Shown in pieces: positions 21,675 to 31,841 of a DNA stretch of 64,000 bases (position 1 is its first letter; each line of letters begins with the position of its first letter). The stretch lies in NCBI RefSeq assembly GCF_001677475.2, contig NZ_CP015229.1, one strand, 5' to 3'. A program made the translations under genes and the position numbers. The notes beneath the pieces are model-generated. The model was not told where the DNA came from and made no database searches. It saw only the letters and a program-made list of their open reading frames with translations. This DNA is from Escherichia coli. Lineage in GTDB: Bacteria; Pseudomonadota; Gammaproteobacteria; Enterobacterales; Enterobacteriaceae.

Positions 21675-22000
21675 TTCCCGCCTCCCTTTTTCACCAAACT
21701 TGTAAGAACATTCAGAATGCTATCGATATTCACTCGTTTCATCCCTGAAATCACCTCATGACCGTTATTGCTGGCTATCGTTACCATTAAGTACGTAATT
21801 GATAACTCCCAGCCCTCGTGTTGCCCCAATAGGTACGCCACCGCGCCAGCTGTCACTGCAACAAAGATCTCCGTAACCAATCCCAACAAATTGCCAGACT
21901 GGCGACCGTCTCGGACATCCATCAGGAACGTGCCTATCCCACCAATTACTGAAAGCAGGAGCGCAATAGCAACTGGAGCTAATTCCTGTGTGTCAAGCAC
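21671..22000 (-). CDS. putative holin (LydA-like), three predicted transmembrane segments
   Basis: 109 aa, hydrophobic helices, charged C-terminus. Confidence 0.5.
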   Translation of the reverse strand: MLDTQELAPVAIALLLSVIGGIGTFLMDVRDGRQSGNLLGLVTEIFVAVTAGAVAYLLGQHEGWELSITYLMVTIASNNGHEVISGMKRVNIDSILNVLTSLVKKGGGK

Positions 22001-22060
22001 AAGTTCCCTCCTACGTTGTCAGGAGGTAATGGTATGCAAAGTAACTTCTCATCTGGTTGT

Positions 22061-22345
22061 TCATAATTTGCCAATACATTCGTAAATCAAGTGAAAAACC
22101 CATATTTTGGTTATTCTTAATACAAAATGGCTATTCCAACTACATATCAAAAAAGCAACCACATTCAAAAATGAGTTTCCCCACTGAACTTCTGCAAGAC
22201 AAAAACCAACAAAACCACCTTTTATGGCAAGCAGCCATGCTTCAAGCCAATGTAAAAAACATGGCTTATAAGCTCCACGCCTAACTCCAGTAAGAAATAA
22301 ATAGGTTCCACTAATAATGGACATTAAAAAAATCAAAATCTGCAT
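22061..22345 (-). CDS. hypothetical small membrane protein
   Basis: ATG behind a strong GGGAGGAG RBS; three hydrophobic segments; sits in the AT-rich region upstream of the dar operon. Confidence 0.45.
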   Translation of the reverse strand: MQILIFLMSIISGTYLFLTGVRRGAYKPCFLHWLEAWLLAIKGGFVGFCLAEVQWGNSFLNVVAFLICSWNSHFVLRITKIWVFHLIYECIGKL

Positions 22346-22466
22346 AAGCTCCTCCCGGATCTAACAAAAATCAAGCAGGAACCTATTCAGATTGTTATTT
22401 CTGTGCATAACGCTTTGTTCTTTAAAATTCGCAGACTCATAAGAACAACGCATTAGAGTAAAAATC

Positions 22467-23027
22467 ATGCTGATCGGCTATGTACGCGTATCAACAAATG
22501 AACAAAACACTGCTTTGCAACGAAATGCCCTTGAAAGCGCAGGATGTGAGCTAATTTTTGAGGATAAGGCGAGCGGCAAAAAGACTGAACGCCCTGGGCT
22601 AAAAAAGGTTTTGCGTATGCTTTCCAGAGGTGACACCCTGGTCGTATGGAAGTTAGATCGTCTTGGGCGCAGCATGCGTCACTTGGTTGTGCTGGTGGAA
22701 GAGCTGCGTGACAGAGGAATTAATTTCCGGAGTCTCACTGACTCTATCGACACCAGTACACCAATGGGGCGTTTTTTCTTTCACGTAATGGGGGCGCTGG
22801 CTGAAATGGAACGCGAGCTTATCGTTGAACGTACACGCGCTGGACTTGATGCAGCTCGCGCAGAAGGTCGAATAGGAGGCCGTCGGCCTAAATACCAAGA
22901 AGAAACATGGCAGCAAATGCGTCGATTGCTGGAGAATGGCATCCCCCGTAAGCAGGTTGCAATCATCTATGATGTTGCTGTTTCCACGCTTTATAAAAAG
23001 TTTCCTGCGTCATCATTTCAATCCTAA
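22467..23027 (+). CDS. cin: Cin/Gin/Hin-family serine DNA invertase, 186 aa
   Basis: Resolvase catalytic N-terminus (GYVRVSTNEQ), C-terminal HTH; sits beside an invertible tail-fibre segment. Confidence 0.95.
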   Translation: MLIGYVRVSTNEQNTALQRNALESAGCELIFEDKASGKKTERPGLKKVLRMLSRGDTLVVWKLDRLGRSMRHLVVLVEELRDRGINFRSLTDSIDTSTPMGRFFFHVMGALAEMERELIVERTRAGLDAARAEGRIGGRRPKYQEETWQQMRRLLENGIPRKQVAIIYDVAVSTLYKKFPASSFQS

Positions 23028-23046
23028 ACCTTGGTTTAAGAGAACT
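23020..23046. other. cix-like recombination site (left)
   Basis: Imperfect palindrome TCCTAAACC-TT-GGTTTAAGA resembling gix/cix crossover sites, at the exact point where Sv-prime homology to S begins. Confidence 0.65.
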
Positions 23047-23074
23047 CGGTACCAGCGGTGAAAAGATCCCCCTG

Positions 23075-24676
23075 TTGAGCACGGCTAACACATGGAGTGC
23101 GCGCCAGACTTTCAACGGCGGGATCACCGGAGCGCTGACAGGGAACGCCGATACCGCAACGAAATTGAAAACAGCCAGAAACATTAATGGCGTCAGGTTC
23201 GATGGTTCTGGTGACATTAATATCAATACTATGGTATCGCGTGGTCGCGTAACGGCTCTGGGGGCGAATGCACAGGGGACATCCGGGATTCAGCTGTATG
23301 AGGCATACAACAATGGCTACCCTTCCCCCTATGGCAATGTGCTTCACCTTAAAGGTGCCACCGCTGCTGGCGAAGGTGAGTTATTCATTGGCTGGAGTGG
23401 CACGAGTGGTGACCATGCGCCCGTACATATCCGTTCGCGGCGGGATACTGATTCTGCTAACTGGTCTGAATGGGCGCAGGTCTATACGTCAAAAGATTCC
23501 GTTCCCGGCGTTAATGCCAAAGGGAATCAGGACACCTCTGGTAATGCGGCTACAGCGACTAAATTGCAGACAGCATGTACTATTAACGGTGTCTCGTTTG
23601 ATGGTTCTAAAAACATTGAGTTAACGGCGGAAGATTTAAATCTACAGGAATTCATTAATAAAGCAAATAATGCCGTTCAGCGTTCAGGCGATATCTTGTC
23701 CGGCGGGCTTACTTTTGAAAATGACTCAATCCTTGCCTGGATTCGAAATACTGACTGGGCAAAGATTGGATTTAAAAATGATGCCGACAGCGATACTGAT
23801 TCATACATGTGGTTTGAAACAGGCGACAACGGAAATGAATATTTCAAATGGAGAAGCCGCCAGAGCACCACAACAAAAGACCTGATGAATCTTAAATGGG
23901 ATGCTTTGTCTGTCCTTGTTAAAGCCCTTTTCAGCAGTGAAGTAAAAATATCGACAGTCAATGCACTGAGGATATTTAATTCATCTTTTGGTGCTATTTT
24001 TCGTCGCTCTGAAGAATGCCTGCATATCATCCCTACACGAGAGAATGAGGGAGAAAATGGTGATATAGGGCCACTACGCCCCTTTACGCTTAATCTCAGA
24101 ACTGGTCGGATAAGCATGGGGCATGGTCTGGATGTTACAGGAGATATAACAACTAACGCCTGGGTGTATGCAAACAGGTTTGCTATTAATAGTGGCTCAA
24201 CCTCATGGATTGATATGCGAAACCAGAATGTCATTTTTGGTAGAAACGCAGTATCAACAAGTTCTGCGCAGGCTTTGTTAAGACAAGACCATGCAGAACG
24301 CAAATTTTTTGTCGGTGGACTTGGTAACTACCAGTTTGGTTTTTACATGATTAATAATTCAAGGACAGCCAATGGCACCGATGGTCAGGCGTACATGGAT
24401 AATAACGGAAACTGGCTTTGCGGTGCGCAAGTTATTCCCGGCAACTATGGCAATTTTGATTCCAGATATGTGAAAGATGTTCGACTTGGTTCACAGCAAT
24501 ATTATGGAGTGAACAACTGGCAAACATGGAATTTCCAGTGCCCGTCAGGTCATGTATTGTCTGGTATTAATGTTCAGGATACAGGGTCCAACTCTGCCGA
24601 TAATATAGCTGGCGTTTATTACAGACCCGTTCAAAAGTATATAAATGGCACCTGGTATAATGTAGCGAGCGTTTAA
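23075..24676 (+). CDS. alternative tail-fibre variable part (Sv-prime), promoterless in this orientation
   Basis: First about 190 aa are about 80 percent identical to the matching region of S; open frame extends upstream to the cix-like site. Confidence 0.75.
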   Translation: MSTANTWSARQTFNGGITGALTGNADTATKLKTARNINGVRFDGSGDININTMVSRGRVTALGANAQGTSGIQLYEAYNNGYPSPYGNVLHLKGATAAGEGELFIGWSGTSGDHAPVHIRSRRDTDSANWSEWAQVYTSKDSVPGVNAKGNQDTSGNAATATKLQTACTINGVSFDGSKNIELTAEDLNLQEFINKANNAVQRSGDILSGGLTFENDSILAWIRNTDWAKIGFKNDADSDTDSYMWFETGDNGNEYFKWRSRQSTTTKDLMNLKWDALSVLVKALFSSEVKISTVNALRIFNSSFGAIFRRSEECLHIIPTRENEGENGDIGPLRPFTLNLRTGRISMGHGLDVTGDITTNAWVYANRFAINSGSTSWIDMRNQNVIFGRNAVSTSSAQALLRQDHAERKFFVGGLGNYQFGFYMINNSRTANGTDGQAYMDNNGNWLCGAQVIPGNYGNFDSRYVKDVRLGSQQYYGVNNWQTWNFQCPSGHVLSGINVQDTGSNSADNIAGVYYRPVQKYINGTWYNVASV

Positions 24677-24677
24677 T

Positions 24678-25205
24678 ATGATGCACTTAAAGAACATAAA
24701 AGCGGGTAACGCTAAAACACTGGAACAGTATGAGTTAACAAAGAAACACGGAGTTATCTGGCTTTACTCTGAGGACGGAAAAAACTGGTATGAGGAAGTG
24801 AAAAACTTTCAGCCAGACACAATAAAGATTGTTTACGATGCAAATAATATTATTGTCGCCATCACTAAAGATGCCTCCACGCTTAACCCTGAAGGTTTTA
24901 GCGTCGTTGAGGTTCCCGATATAACAGCCAACCGCCGCGCTGATGATTCAGGAAAGTGGATGTTTAAGGATGGAGCTGTAGTTAAACGGATTTATACGGC
25001 AGACGAACAGCAACAACAAGCCGAATCACAAAAGGCCGCATTGCTTTCCGAAGCTGAATCAGTCATTCAGCCGCTGGAACGCGCTGTCAGGCTGAATATG
25101 GCAACAGACGAGGAACGCACACGACTGGAAGCATGGGAACGCTACAGTGTTCTGGTCAGCCGTGTGGATACGGCAAATCCTGAATGGCCACAAAAGCCTG
25201 AATAA
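24678..25205 (+). CDS. alternative tail-fibre assembly chaperone (U-prime)
   Basis: Paralogue of the U protein on the opposite strand (MMHLKNI...NWYEE...[13 protein letters not shown]). Confidence 0.8.
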   Translation: MMHLKNIKAGNAKTLEQYELTKKHGVIWLYSEDGKNWYEEVKNFQPDTIKIVYDANNIIVAITKDASTLNPEGFSVVEVPDITANRRADDSGKWMFKDGAVVKRIYTADEQQQQAESQKAALLSEAESVIQPLERAVRLNMATDEERTRLEAWERYSVLVSRVDTANPEWPQKPE

Positions 25206-25210
25206 AAATT

Positions 25211-25230
25211 AAGGCCCGCTATCGGGCCTT
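25211..25230. terminator. bidirectional hairpin between convergent U-prime and U
   Basis: AAGGCCCG-CTAT-CGGGCCTT. Confidence 0.55.
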
Positions 25231-25233
25231 GTC

Positions 25234-25767
25234 TCATTCAGGTTGTTCGGGAAATGTTACTGGCAGGCTGGAGGTGTCTGTAGATTCGACTTTCTGCGCA
25301 TAGAGCATCCACTCGGTTAATTTTTGTTTATTCTCGTCGGAAAGGATGCCCAGCCGTAGCTGTGAGTCCCATAGCTGGGTTTTATCCCTGACAAGTTGCA
25401 ACAGGCTTTGCTTTTCATTCTCTGCCTGCTGCCTCTGTTCCTCCTCGGTATAAGTTCGCTTTATCACTACGCCATCTTTGAACATCCATTTACCCGAAAT
25501 ATCAGCCCGGCGATTTGCTGTAATATCAGGAACCTCAACGACGCTTGCGCCTTCTGGATTAATTGCTGAAACATCCTTTTCAATACAAATAATAACGTTG
25601 TTGTGGTCATAGACCATTTTCAACGTATCAGGCTGAAAGTTCTTTTGTTCCTCATACCAGTTTTTCCCATCCTCTGTATAAAGCCATTTGATGTTAAATT
25701 GTTTCGTTAGCTGGTATTGCTCTTTTGTTTTAGGGTTGCCAGCAGTAATATTTTTTAAGTGCATCAT
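25234..25767 (-). CDS. tail-fibre assembly chaperone (U)
   Basis: Downstream of S, paralogous to U-prime. Confidence 0.8.
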   Translation of the reverse strand: MMHLKNITAGNPKTKEQYQLTKQFNIKWLYTEDGKNWYEEQKNFQPDTLKMVYDHNNVIICIEKDVSAINPEGASVVEVPDITANRRADISGKWMFKDGVVIKRTYTEEEQRQQAENEKQSLLQLVRDKTQLWDSQLRLGILSDENKQKLTEWMLYAQKVESTDTSSLPVTFPEQPE

Positions 25768-25769
25768 AA

Positions 25770-28691
25770 TTAAATACTCCCCGCGTTATACCACGTTCCA
25801 TTAATGCAATACTGAATTGGCCTTGCCTGAGTTGTATCAATTAATTCATCACGGTTTCCGTTAACTGAACCCGTAACGACATAACCTGACCTGTCAGACC
25901 AGCCGGGACCATTCCATGTCTGAACAGATGACAGACCGCCAAGGCGAATACCTGTAATAAACCTTGAGTTACATTCTGCCTGCGTATATGCACCAACATC
26001 TCCTGCTGATGGCTTGCGTGTTGTGGTGTAAAATTCTGACCAGTCAGCTTCGAATCCGTAACCATCACGCGCTGAACGATAAAAAATACCACCGTTCCTG
26101 TAATTCACGCGGAACTGTACAGCAGGGCAGCTCCCCGTATTCATATTGAAGTGGAGGATTAATGTCGATGCGCCACCAATGATTGCGTTATAGACCCCGC
26201 TATTCCAGTTCCAGCCAACAGCTTTATCATTTCCGACAGTGCTTCCTGTTTGCCCTAAAGCAAATGCAGGTTGCTGATTTTTCGTGTTGTAGTCACGCCG
26301 CCAGCCTGGCGCATAATCTCCACCGTGGTTTATATAAGTAAATTGTGCATTAGTAGTTCCGCCACCGCTGGAAGTGCTTGGTGTTGTTACACGGATGGTC
26401 ATGGCACCTTTATTACCCATAACCTCAATAACGCAACCTGCAAGATGAATAGTTCCACAGCCAGTATCGGTAATAATTTTATTATTGCCGTATGACCATG
26501 AACATTTGCACATCCAGTATGGGTGATTGAATGCCCCTTGAGAATCCAGCCATTCAATCAATTGTGCTGTTGTCCAGTTACCTGCCCCTGTACTAATAGC
26601 ACTGTGAAAAGCGCGACATGCACCAATATTTTTGGTGAAGGTATCTTTTCCTGGAATATCCGCGCCGTTCTGGTTTTTCTGTAATGCTCCTACGGCTAAT
26701 TCTACGGTTTGCTCAAGATTTAAATCTTCCGCCGTTAGCTCAATGTTTTTAGAACCATCAAACGAGACACCGTTAATAGTACGTGCTGTCTGCAATTTGG
26801 TCGCTGTAGCCGCATTACCAGAGGTGTCCTGATTCCCTTTGGCATTAACGCCGGGAACGGAGTCTTTTGACGTATAGATCTGTGCCCATTCGGACCATGC
26901 CGCAGCAGTGCTATCTCTTTTGGATCGAATGAAAGCAGGTGCATGAGCGCCATTTGTGCCACTCCAGCCAATGAGCAACTCGCCTTCACCAGTTGATGCA
27001 GCTCCCTTCAGGTGAAGTACATTCCCGTAAGTCGTCGGATAACCATTGTTGTATGCCTCATACATCTGCAATCCAGTAGCAGCACCTTGCGTTGTACCGG
27101 TAAGCGCAGTAACGCGTCCTCTAGACGTAATTGTTGGTATCGAAATGTTCGTAGAACCATCGAACCTGACGCCATTAATATTTATGGCTGTTTTTAATTT
27201 CGTCGCGGTGTCGGCGTTCCCTGTCAGCGCCCCGGTGATCCCGCCGTTGAAAGTCTGGCGCGCACTCCATGTGTTAGCCGTACTCAACAGGGGGATCTTT
27301 TCACCGCTGGTACCGAGTTCTCTTAAACCAAGGTATTGGATAACGGCCAGTGTGCTTGTTTTAGCCAGAATATCGCGACCGACTGACGTTAAATCAGTCT
27401 GAGCTACCGTATCCTTACCAGTAAAATAAGGCAGTTTGTTTGCACCAGTCGCAAGGGCCGCGAGAGCGGTTAAAGTTGCATCCAGAGGCTGTTTGCCTGC
27501 CAGCGCATTTGTCATTGTTGTCGCAAAGTTCGGGTCATTGCCAAGTGCTGCGGCAAGCTCATTCAGGGTATCAAGAGCTTCTGGTGATGAACCAACCAGT
27601 GCGGATATGGCAGCTCTTACATAAGCGGTCGTAGCAATCTGCGTATTATTTGTGCCCTGTGCGGCGGTCGGCGCAGTAGGGACACCCGTTAATGCAGGGC
27701 TTGCCAAAGGCGCTTTGAGAGCCAGGGCATTGTTGATAGTTGTGCTGAAATTCGGGTCGTTATTGATCGCAGCCGCTATTTCTTTCAGCGTATCCAGTGT
27801 GCCAGGCGCACCGTTGATAAGTGCAGTTATAGCTGCCTTAACAAAGGCTGTATTTGCGATCTGCGTGCTGTTTGTACCTTGCGCTGCCGTCGGCGCGGTT
27901 GGCGTTCCTGTCAGACTCGGGCTTTCTATTGGCGCTTTGGTATCAGCCAGATCCTTTACAGACTTAACGGCTTTAGGGGTCGCCGCCATTGTTTCGCTGT
28001 CGCTGTTAGTTTCGCTACTGAGCTGAACTAATCCCTTTTGCGTTGTGCTTGCATCCTGCGCCGTATACTTGCTTTTTGCCAGATCGTAGGCTTTTTTAAC
28101 TGCCAGCGAACTTGCAGCAACATCACTTCTACTACTGGTTACAGAGTCTGAAATATCAATGCCGATCGTGCGGTTAATACGCTCGGATGTATCAATCATC
28201 TCCTGGGTAATGGCTGATACGCCAGCAGGGATATTCACCGTACAAACAAGCAGCTCCCCATCTCCTAACTGATATGAATCGGTATAGGTTCTGGCAACAA
28301 ATTCAGCCGCATGAATATGTGACGCGGTATTAACCTGATAGGTATCCTCTCCAAGGAGGTATCTTCCCTTCAGCACAATTGCATATTTCTTGCCTGCACT
28401 AAGTGCAAGAGAAATATCCTTACGGTGCTGAATAGTTACCTGGTAGAATTCACCAATATCCACCGACGCCGCGCCTGCGGTTTTATCACCATCCACTGAG
28501 GTGATTAACAGGTTCATCCCACCGCCAGGCTTAGGTAAGAAACCGGCATAAAATCCCGGGTCAACAATCCCCCTGAATTTTCGGTTTAGCGCGGCTGACA
28601 GATATGGTTCGTGGTATTGCACATCAGCCACCAGAGCCAACGACTCGGGTGATGGGGAAGTAACCGATGTGACAACTGTAACGTCATTCAT
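25770..28691 (-). CDS. tail fibre protein S (constant N-terminal part plus variable part), about 973 aa
   Basis: Track ORF trimmed to the ATG behind an AAGGA RBS; internal tandem Ala/Thr-rich repeats; crosses the right cix-like site. Confidence 0.8.
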   Translation of the reverse strand: MNDVTVVTSVTSPSPESLALVADVQYHEPYLSAALNRKFRGIVDPGFYAGFLPKPGGGMNLLITSVDGDKTAGAASVDIGEFYQVTIQHRKDISLALSAGKKYAIVLKGRYLLGEDTYQVNTASHIHAAEFVARTYTDSYQLGDGELLVCTVNIPAGVSAITQEMIDTSERINRTIGIDISDSVTSSRSDVAASSLAVKKAYDLAKSKYTAQDASTTQKGLVQLSSETNSDSETMAATPKAVKSVKDLADTKAPIESPSLTGTPTAPTAAQGTNSTQIANTAFVKAAITALINGAPGTLDTLKEIAAAINNDPNFSTTINNALALKAPLASPALTGVPTAPTAAQGTNNTQIATTAYVRAAISALVGSSPEALDTLNELAAALGNDPNFATTMTNALAGKQPLDATLTALAALATGANKLPYFTGKDTVAQTDLTSVGRDILAKTSTLAVIQYLGLRELGTSGEKIPLLSTANTWSARQTFNGGITGALTGNADTATKLKTAININGVRFDGSTNISIPTITSRGRVTALTGTTQGAATGLQMYEAYNNGYPTTYGNVLHLKGAASTGEGELLIGWSGTNGAHAPAFIRSKRDSTAAAWSEWAQIYTSKDSVPGVNAKGNQDTSGNAATATKLQTARTINGVSFDGSKNIELTAEDLNLEQTVELAVGALQKNQNGADIPGKDTFTKNIGACRAFHSAISTGAGNWTTAQLIEWLDSQGAFNHPYWMCKCSWSYGNNKIITDTGCGTIHLAGCVIEVMGNKGAMTIRVTTPSTSSGGGTTNAQFTYINHGGDYAPGWRRDYNTKNQQPAFALGQTGSTVGNDKAVGWNWNSGVYNAIIGGASTLILHFNMNTGSCPAVQFRVNYRNGGIFYRSARDGYGFEADWSEFYTTTRKPSAGDVGAYTQAECNSRFITGIRLGGLSSVQTWNGPGWSDRSGYVVTGSVNGNRDELIDTTQARPIQYCINGTWYNAGSI
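27316..27343. other. cix-like recombination site (right), inside S
   Basis: TTCTCTTAAACC-AA-GGTATTGGATAAC, inverted relative to the left site. Confidence 0.65.
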
Positions 28692-28702
28692 CAAACATAT
28701 CC

Positions 28703-29137
28703 TTATGCTGTAGTCGTGTTTATGGCCATAACTGCGGTATATGTTTTGCCCACATACAGCGAGTCTTCCTGGACACAAATAATGGCGATTGGCTTGTTCT
28801 CGTTATCCAGAACAACCAGAGTGTTGAATGGGTAGTTTTTCCCTTCCTGCAACTGGCTTTGATCAAGGTCCATTCGGACAGTAATTATCCCGCCTGAGTA
28901 GGTTGGGACGAGGTTGATGGTGCAAAATTGACTGGTCAGTTCTGCCAGATCGAAAGCCTTTGGCAGTTCTCCAATCTCATAAGTGCCATCTCCTTTCTTA
29001 GTAACCAGTGAACTGGTACCGAAAACGGCCTTGCTGATTAAAAATCGAGAGCCTTTGTTAATGGACGATTCAGCGCGCCGCTGATAGTAATAGTCCAACA
29101 ACTGACTCTTATAGAGGTTTGTTGAGACGTCAGACAT
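28703..29137 (-). CDS. tail fibre-associated protein (P1 R position)
   Basis: Track ORF immediately upstream of S. Confidence 0.45.
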   Translation of the reverse strand: MSDVSTNLYKSQLLDYYYQRRAESSINKGSRFLISKAVFGTSSLVTKKGDGTYEIGELPKAFDLAELTSQFCTINLVPTYSGGIITVRMDLDQSQLQEGKNYPFNTLVVLDNENKPIAIICVQEDSLYVGKTYTAVMAINTTTA

Positions 29138-29215
29138 GATTTTCCCTAATCAATGTTGTGAAGCCTCATTGTAAGAGAAGTAACTTGTCACCCCGCCCTG
29201 CGGACGGGGTGATTG

Positions 29216-30055
29216 TCAGGCGTCGCTATCCAGCAACAAATCATCTGCGCGTGTGCGATCAAACGTAGGTGTCGCTTTCACAATAGTGCCACCCGGCGTT
29301 GCGGTGATAGGGGCGCTAATCGACGTAACTCCAGTAAGCGAAGTTGTATCCGAAGTTTCAAACCAGCAGAATGCTTTTTCGGTATCAGAAATCTCGTTCA
29401 AGGTGATCATGTCGGCCTGTTCATTTACAACAACCGACAAATAGAGCGTAAGCCCATCAAACACTATATGCAGTGGCAGTAGAGGCTTTACGAACTGATT
29501 AAACTTTCTGAGAATTTCTTCTGTAATTGCTGACTGATCTATCGTGCCAGTAATACCCATTGTCCGGGCCAGGTCGTTTATGGGAATACTGATCATCCCT
29601 CTGGAAGTCAGAAACATCTCGCCGAATGTGCCGCCGGTAGTCTCCAGTGTGCTTTCTGGTATTAGAACTGTGCCATAGGGATGACGCTCAAGGTCCACCG
29701 GTGCATATATCGGATCCCATAAAACAGAAATACCGTTAAATTCGCGGTAAATTGTCTGGTTTATAGGGCGTTCAGTTCCCTTAAAGTGAATCTCATCAAG
29801 ACGCTGTTGTAACAACATCGGAACGGAAGATGAGTTCGACGTTCTGATAGTAAAGAACTGGCCAAGTTCATTTGTCCTGGTCTCCAGATCCTCCTTGCTC
29901 ATGGAAAAAATAGACTTCCGGTTGGTAATTCGCTCCAACCATGGGTCAACAAAGGTATCCATCATTAACTGAACCAAATCAGCCAATGATTTATAGAGCA
30001 ATGACTTTTGCTTAGCTGATGTAAGCCGGTTATTAAACCAGGAACGCTGCATCAC
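29216..30055 (-). CDS. baseplate protein (P1 gene 16 position)
   Basis: Synteny only. Confidence 0.45.
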   Translation of the reverse strand: MMQRSWFNNRLTSAKQKSLLYKSLADLVQLMMDTFVDPWLERITNRKSIFSMSKEDLETRTNELGQFFTIRTSNSSSVPMLLQQRLDEIHFKGTERPINQTIYREFNGISVLWDPIYAPVDLERHPYGTVLIPESTLETTGGTFGEMFLTSRGMISIPINDLARTMGITGTIDQSAITEEILRKFNQFVKPLLPLHIVFDGLTLYLSVVVNEQADMITLNEISDTEKAFCWFETSDTTSLTGVTSISAPITATPGGTIVKATPTFDRTRADDLLLDSDA

Positions 30056-31485
30056 TCCTCCTCATACGAAATATTAAAGGTGGAGTTTTCTGTATCCAGA
30101 TAAACGAAATCGTAAAAGCCGTTGGACTCATTCCACTCGACAAATTCCAGATAAAAGTCGCGGAAATAACCCAGCGTTTCGATAAATGCCCAAACGTCTT
30201 TTTTCTTAATCAGGATGTACTTGCCGACACGGTTCGGATCAAAGAAAGTTGAGTCACGCCCAAATTTTGTTTCCAGTGCCGACTTCAGCTCATCGGTCAC
30301 GTTCTCAATGGTCAGGCTTGCCGATATCCGCCCGGTGATGGTGATCTTAAAGGGTAGTTTTCTGACCTCTTTATACGAGAATTTCTTGTTCAACTCATTC
30401 GGCACCTTCTTAAAGGCAGCCAGGATCATTTCTTCAAGCTCTGACTGGCTTTTGTTTGGATGCCATCCTGAAATAAATATCCTATTGATATTCCGAATAT
30501 TATAAGCACCATCTAATTTCTCTTGCTGGCCTTCGCCCCATGCCTTTACCCAGGACAGTCCCGGGATGTTACGCACCAGAAAATACGTATAGTCCCCGCC
30601 CCATACGACCTGATCATCATAGGCAAGGTAATATTGTGCACGGTTACGTGTGATCTCCGTTGTTTCAGCATCGGTACCTGCGGTTATAGGTGTCGTTGTC
30701 TTAACTGAAATCAAATTAGCTAAATTAGCCGCAGAATCGACAGGCGTCAGGTTTTGGCCAGCAACCAGGGTTATATCGCCGTTGGTGCACCATACCTTAA
30801 GCGTAATTGTCGAGCCTTCTGGCGGTATTTGCCCAATTAGCCCATCGCCGAATCGAACCCCCAACTGCTCGGATGGTTTATAAAACTCAACGTAGACCTG
30901 GCTTTTACTACCGGCTAACCGGAACATAGTGCTGGAAGACCACTGCGTGGTCTTACCATCGGTCGTCACGAATACTTCCAGCTTATAGCAGACAGCAGTG
31001 AGAGCCTTTGATAACACGACTTCCAGAAATTCTTTGGCTGCCGTAACGGTATATGTCACCTCCTGGATTTCCAACTGTGCCACTTCTACCGTACCGGTGC
31101 CGTCAACCAATCTGCATACATCCATAGTCATGTAAGGGTACTGGTCGTCAGATATTAAAGGCATGTTTTTGGGGATTACCGCTGGAGCATCTTCACTTGT
31201 GGCTGTGATCTCAATCATCCCCGATGACGGTGTTGGCTTGGTACCAACATAACTGTTCGTTTCTGCCGCAGCCAGGATAGAGGAACGCCGCGTCGCAGTC
31301 GATATAAAGCCTTCAGCCAGCGCAGCATCGGCATATTGAAAACACCTGTATACAATCTGGGTAATAAACAATGTCAGCATCGAGACAAATTGAGAGCCGA
31401 CAAACTTCGACCAGAATGAATCTTTCTCGACAAGCTCTTCAAACTCTGCACGAATACTGTCTTTAGTCGGTGTTGTTTTACTCAT
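30052..31485 (-). CDS. baseplate wedge protein (BplA-like)
   Basis: 477 aa, overlapping starts with neighbours; synteny. Confidence 0.5.
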   Translation of the reverse strand: MSKTTPTKDSIRAEFEELVEKDSFWSKFVGSQFVSMLTLFITQIVYRCFQYADAALAEGFISTATRRSSILAAAETNSYVGTKPTPSSGMIEITATSEDAPAVIPKNMPLISDDQYPYMTMDVCRLVDGTGTVEVAQLEIQEVTYTVTAAKEFLEVVLSKALTAVCYKLEVFVTTDGKTTQWSSSTMFRLAGSKSQVYVEFYKPSEQLGVRFGDGLIGQIPPEGSTITLKVWCTNGDITLVAGQNLTPVDSAANLANLISVKTTTPITAGTDAETTEITRNRAQYYLAYDDQVVWGGDYTYFLVRNIPGLSWVKAWGEGQQEKLDGAYNIRNINRIFISGWHPNKSQSELEEMILAAFKKVPNELNKKFSYKEVRKLPFKITITGRISASLTIENVTDELKSALETKFGRDSTFFDPNRVGKYILIKKKDVWAFIETLGYFRDFYLEFVEWNESNGFYDFVYLDTENSTFNISYEEE

Positions 31486-31841
31486 AGCACCACGTCCTGT
31501 GTGATAGTTATATCCCTGATACGAATGGATATTTTCAACTTATCAAAAGCATCTCCCTCGGCTACTGACAAGCCAGAAATCGGTATGTCGGGTAAATCTA
31601 CCGTCAGTTTTTGCAAAAGCATTGCCTCAACCGCAATTTGAACATACGACAAGTTGGTCGGTTCGTGTTTAAACTGCGGTAAAACATTGCCCCATGACGG
31701 ATCTCCGTATACCTCACCCTGATAAGTGTTTAGCCACTCATATAAACGAGCGCCCCAGGCCTCCTCCTGGGACTCATACGTTTTTACGCCGGATAACTCC
31801 AGCGTCAGTAAAGGATCAATTTCGTTATTGTTGGCCATCAA
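31482..31841 (-). CDS. small baseplate protein (PmgA / gp25-like position)
   Basis: Synteny and size. Confidence 0.45.
   Translation of the reverse strand: MMANNNEIDPLLTLELSGVKTYESQEEAWGARLYEWLNTYQGEVYGDPSWGNVLPQFKHEPTNLSYVQIAVEAMLLQKLTVDLPDIPISGLSVAEGDAFDKLKISIRIRDITITQDVVL

Larger units (their letters stand above)
23033..27330. other. invertible tail-fibre segment (C-segment-like, about 4.3 kb) bounded by inverted cix-like sites and about 0.57-kb diverged inverted repeats
   Basis: Contains Sv-prime/U-prime on one strand and U/Sv on the other; cix-like sites in inverted orientation at both ends. Confidence 0.7.

Noticed and set aside
28692-28778. N-terminal 29-codon extension of the S tail-fibre ORF in the track
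   Set aside because: The extension overlaps the upstream R-like gene and has no RBS; an ATG with an AAGGA RBS at 28,691 is the more plausible start.
29160-29215. Hairpin CACCCCGCCCTGCGGACGGGGTGA as a terminator inside the tail operon
   Set aside because: Lies between co-transcribed tail genes and lacks a clear T-run on the coding strand; possibly an attenuator or RNA processing site, but not supported enough to call.
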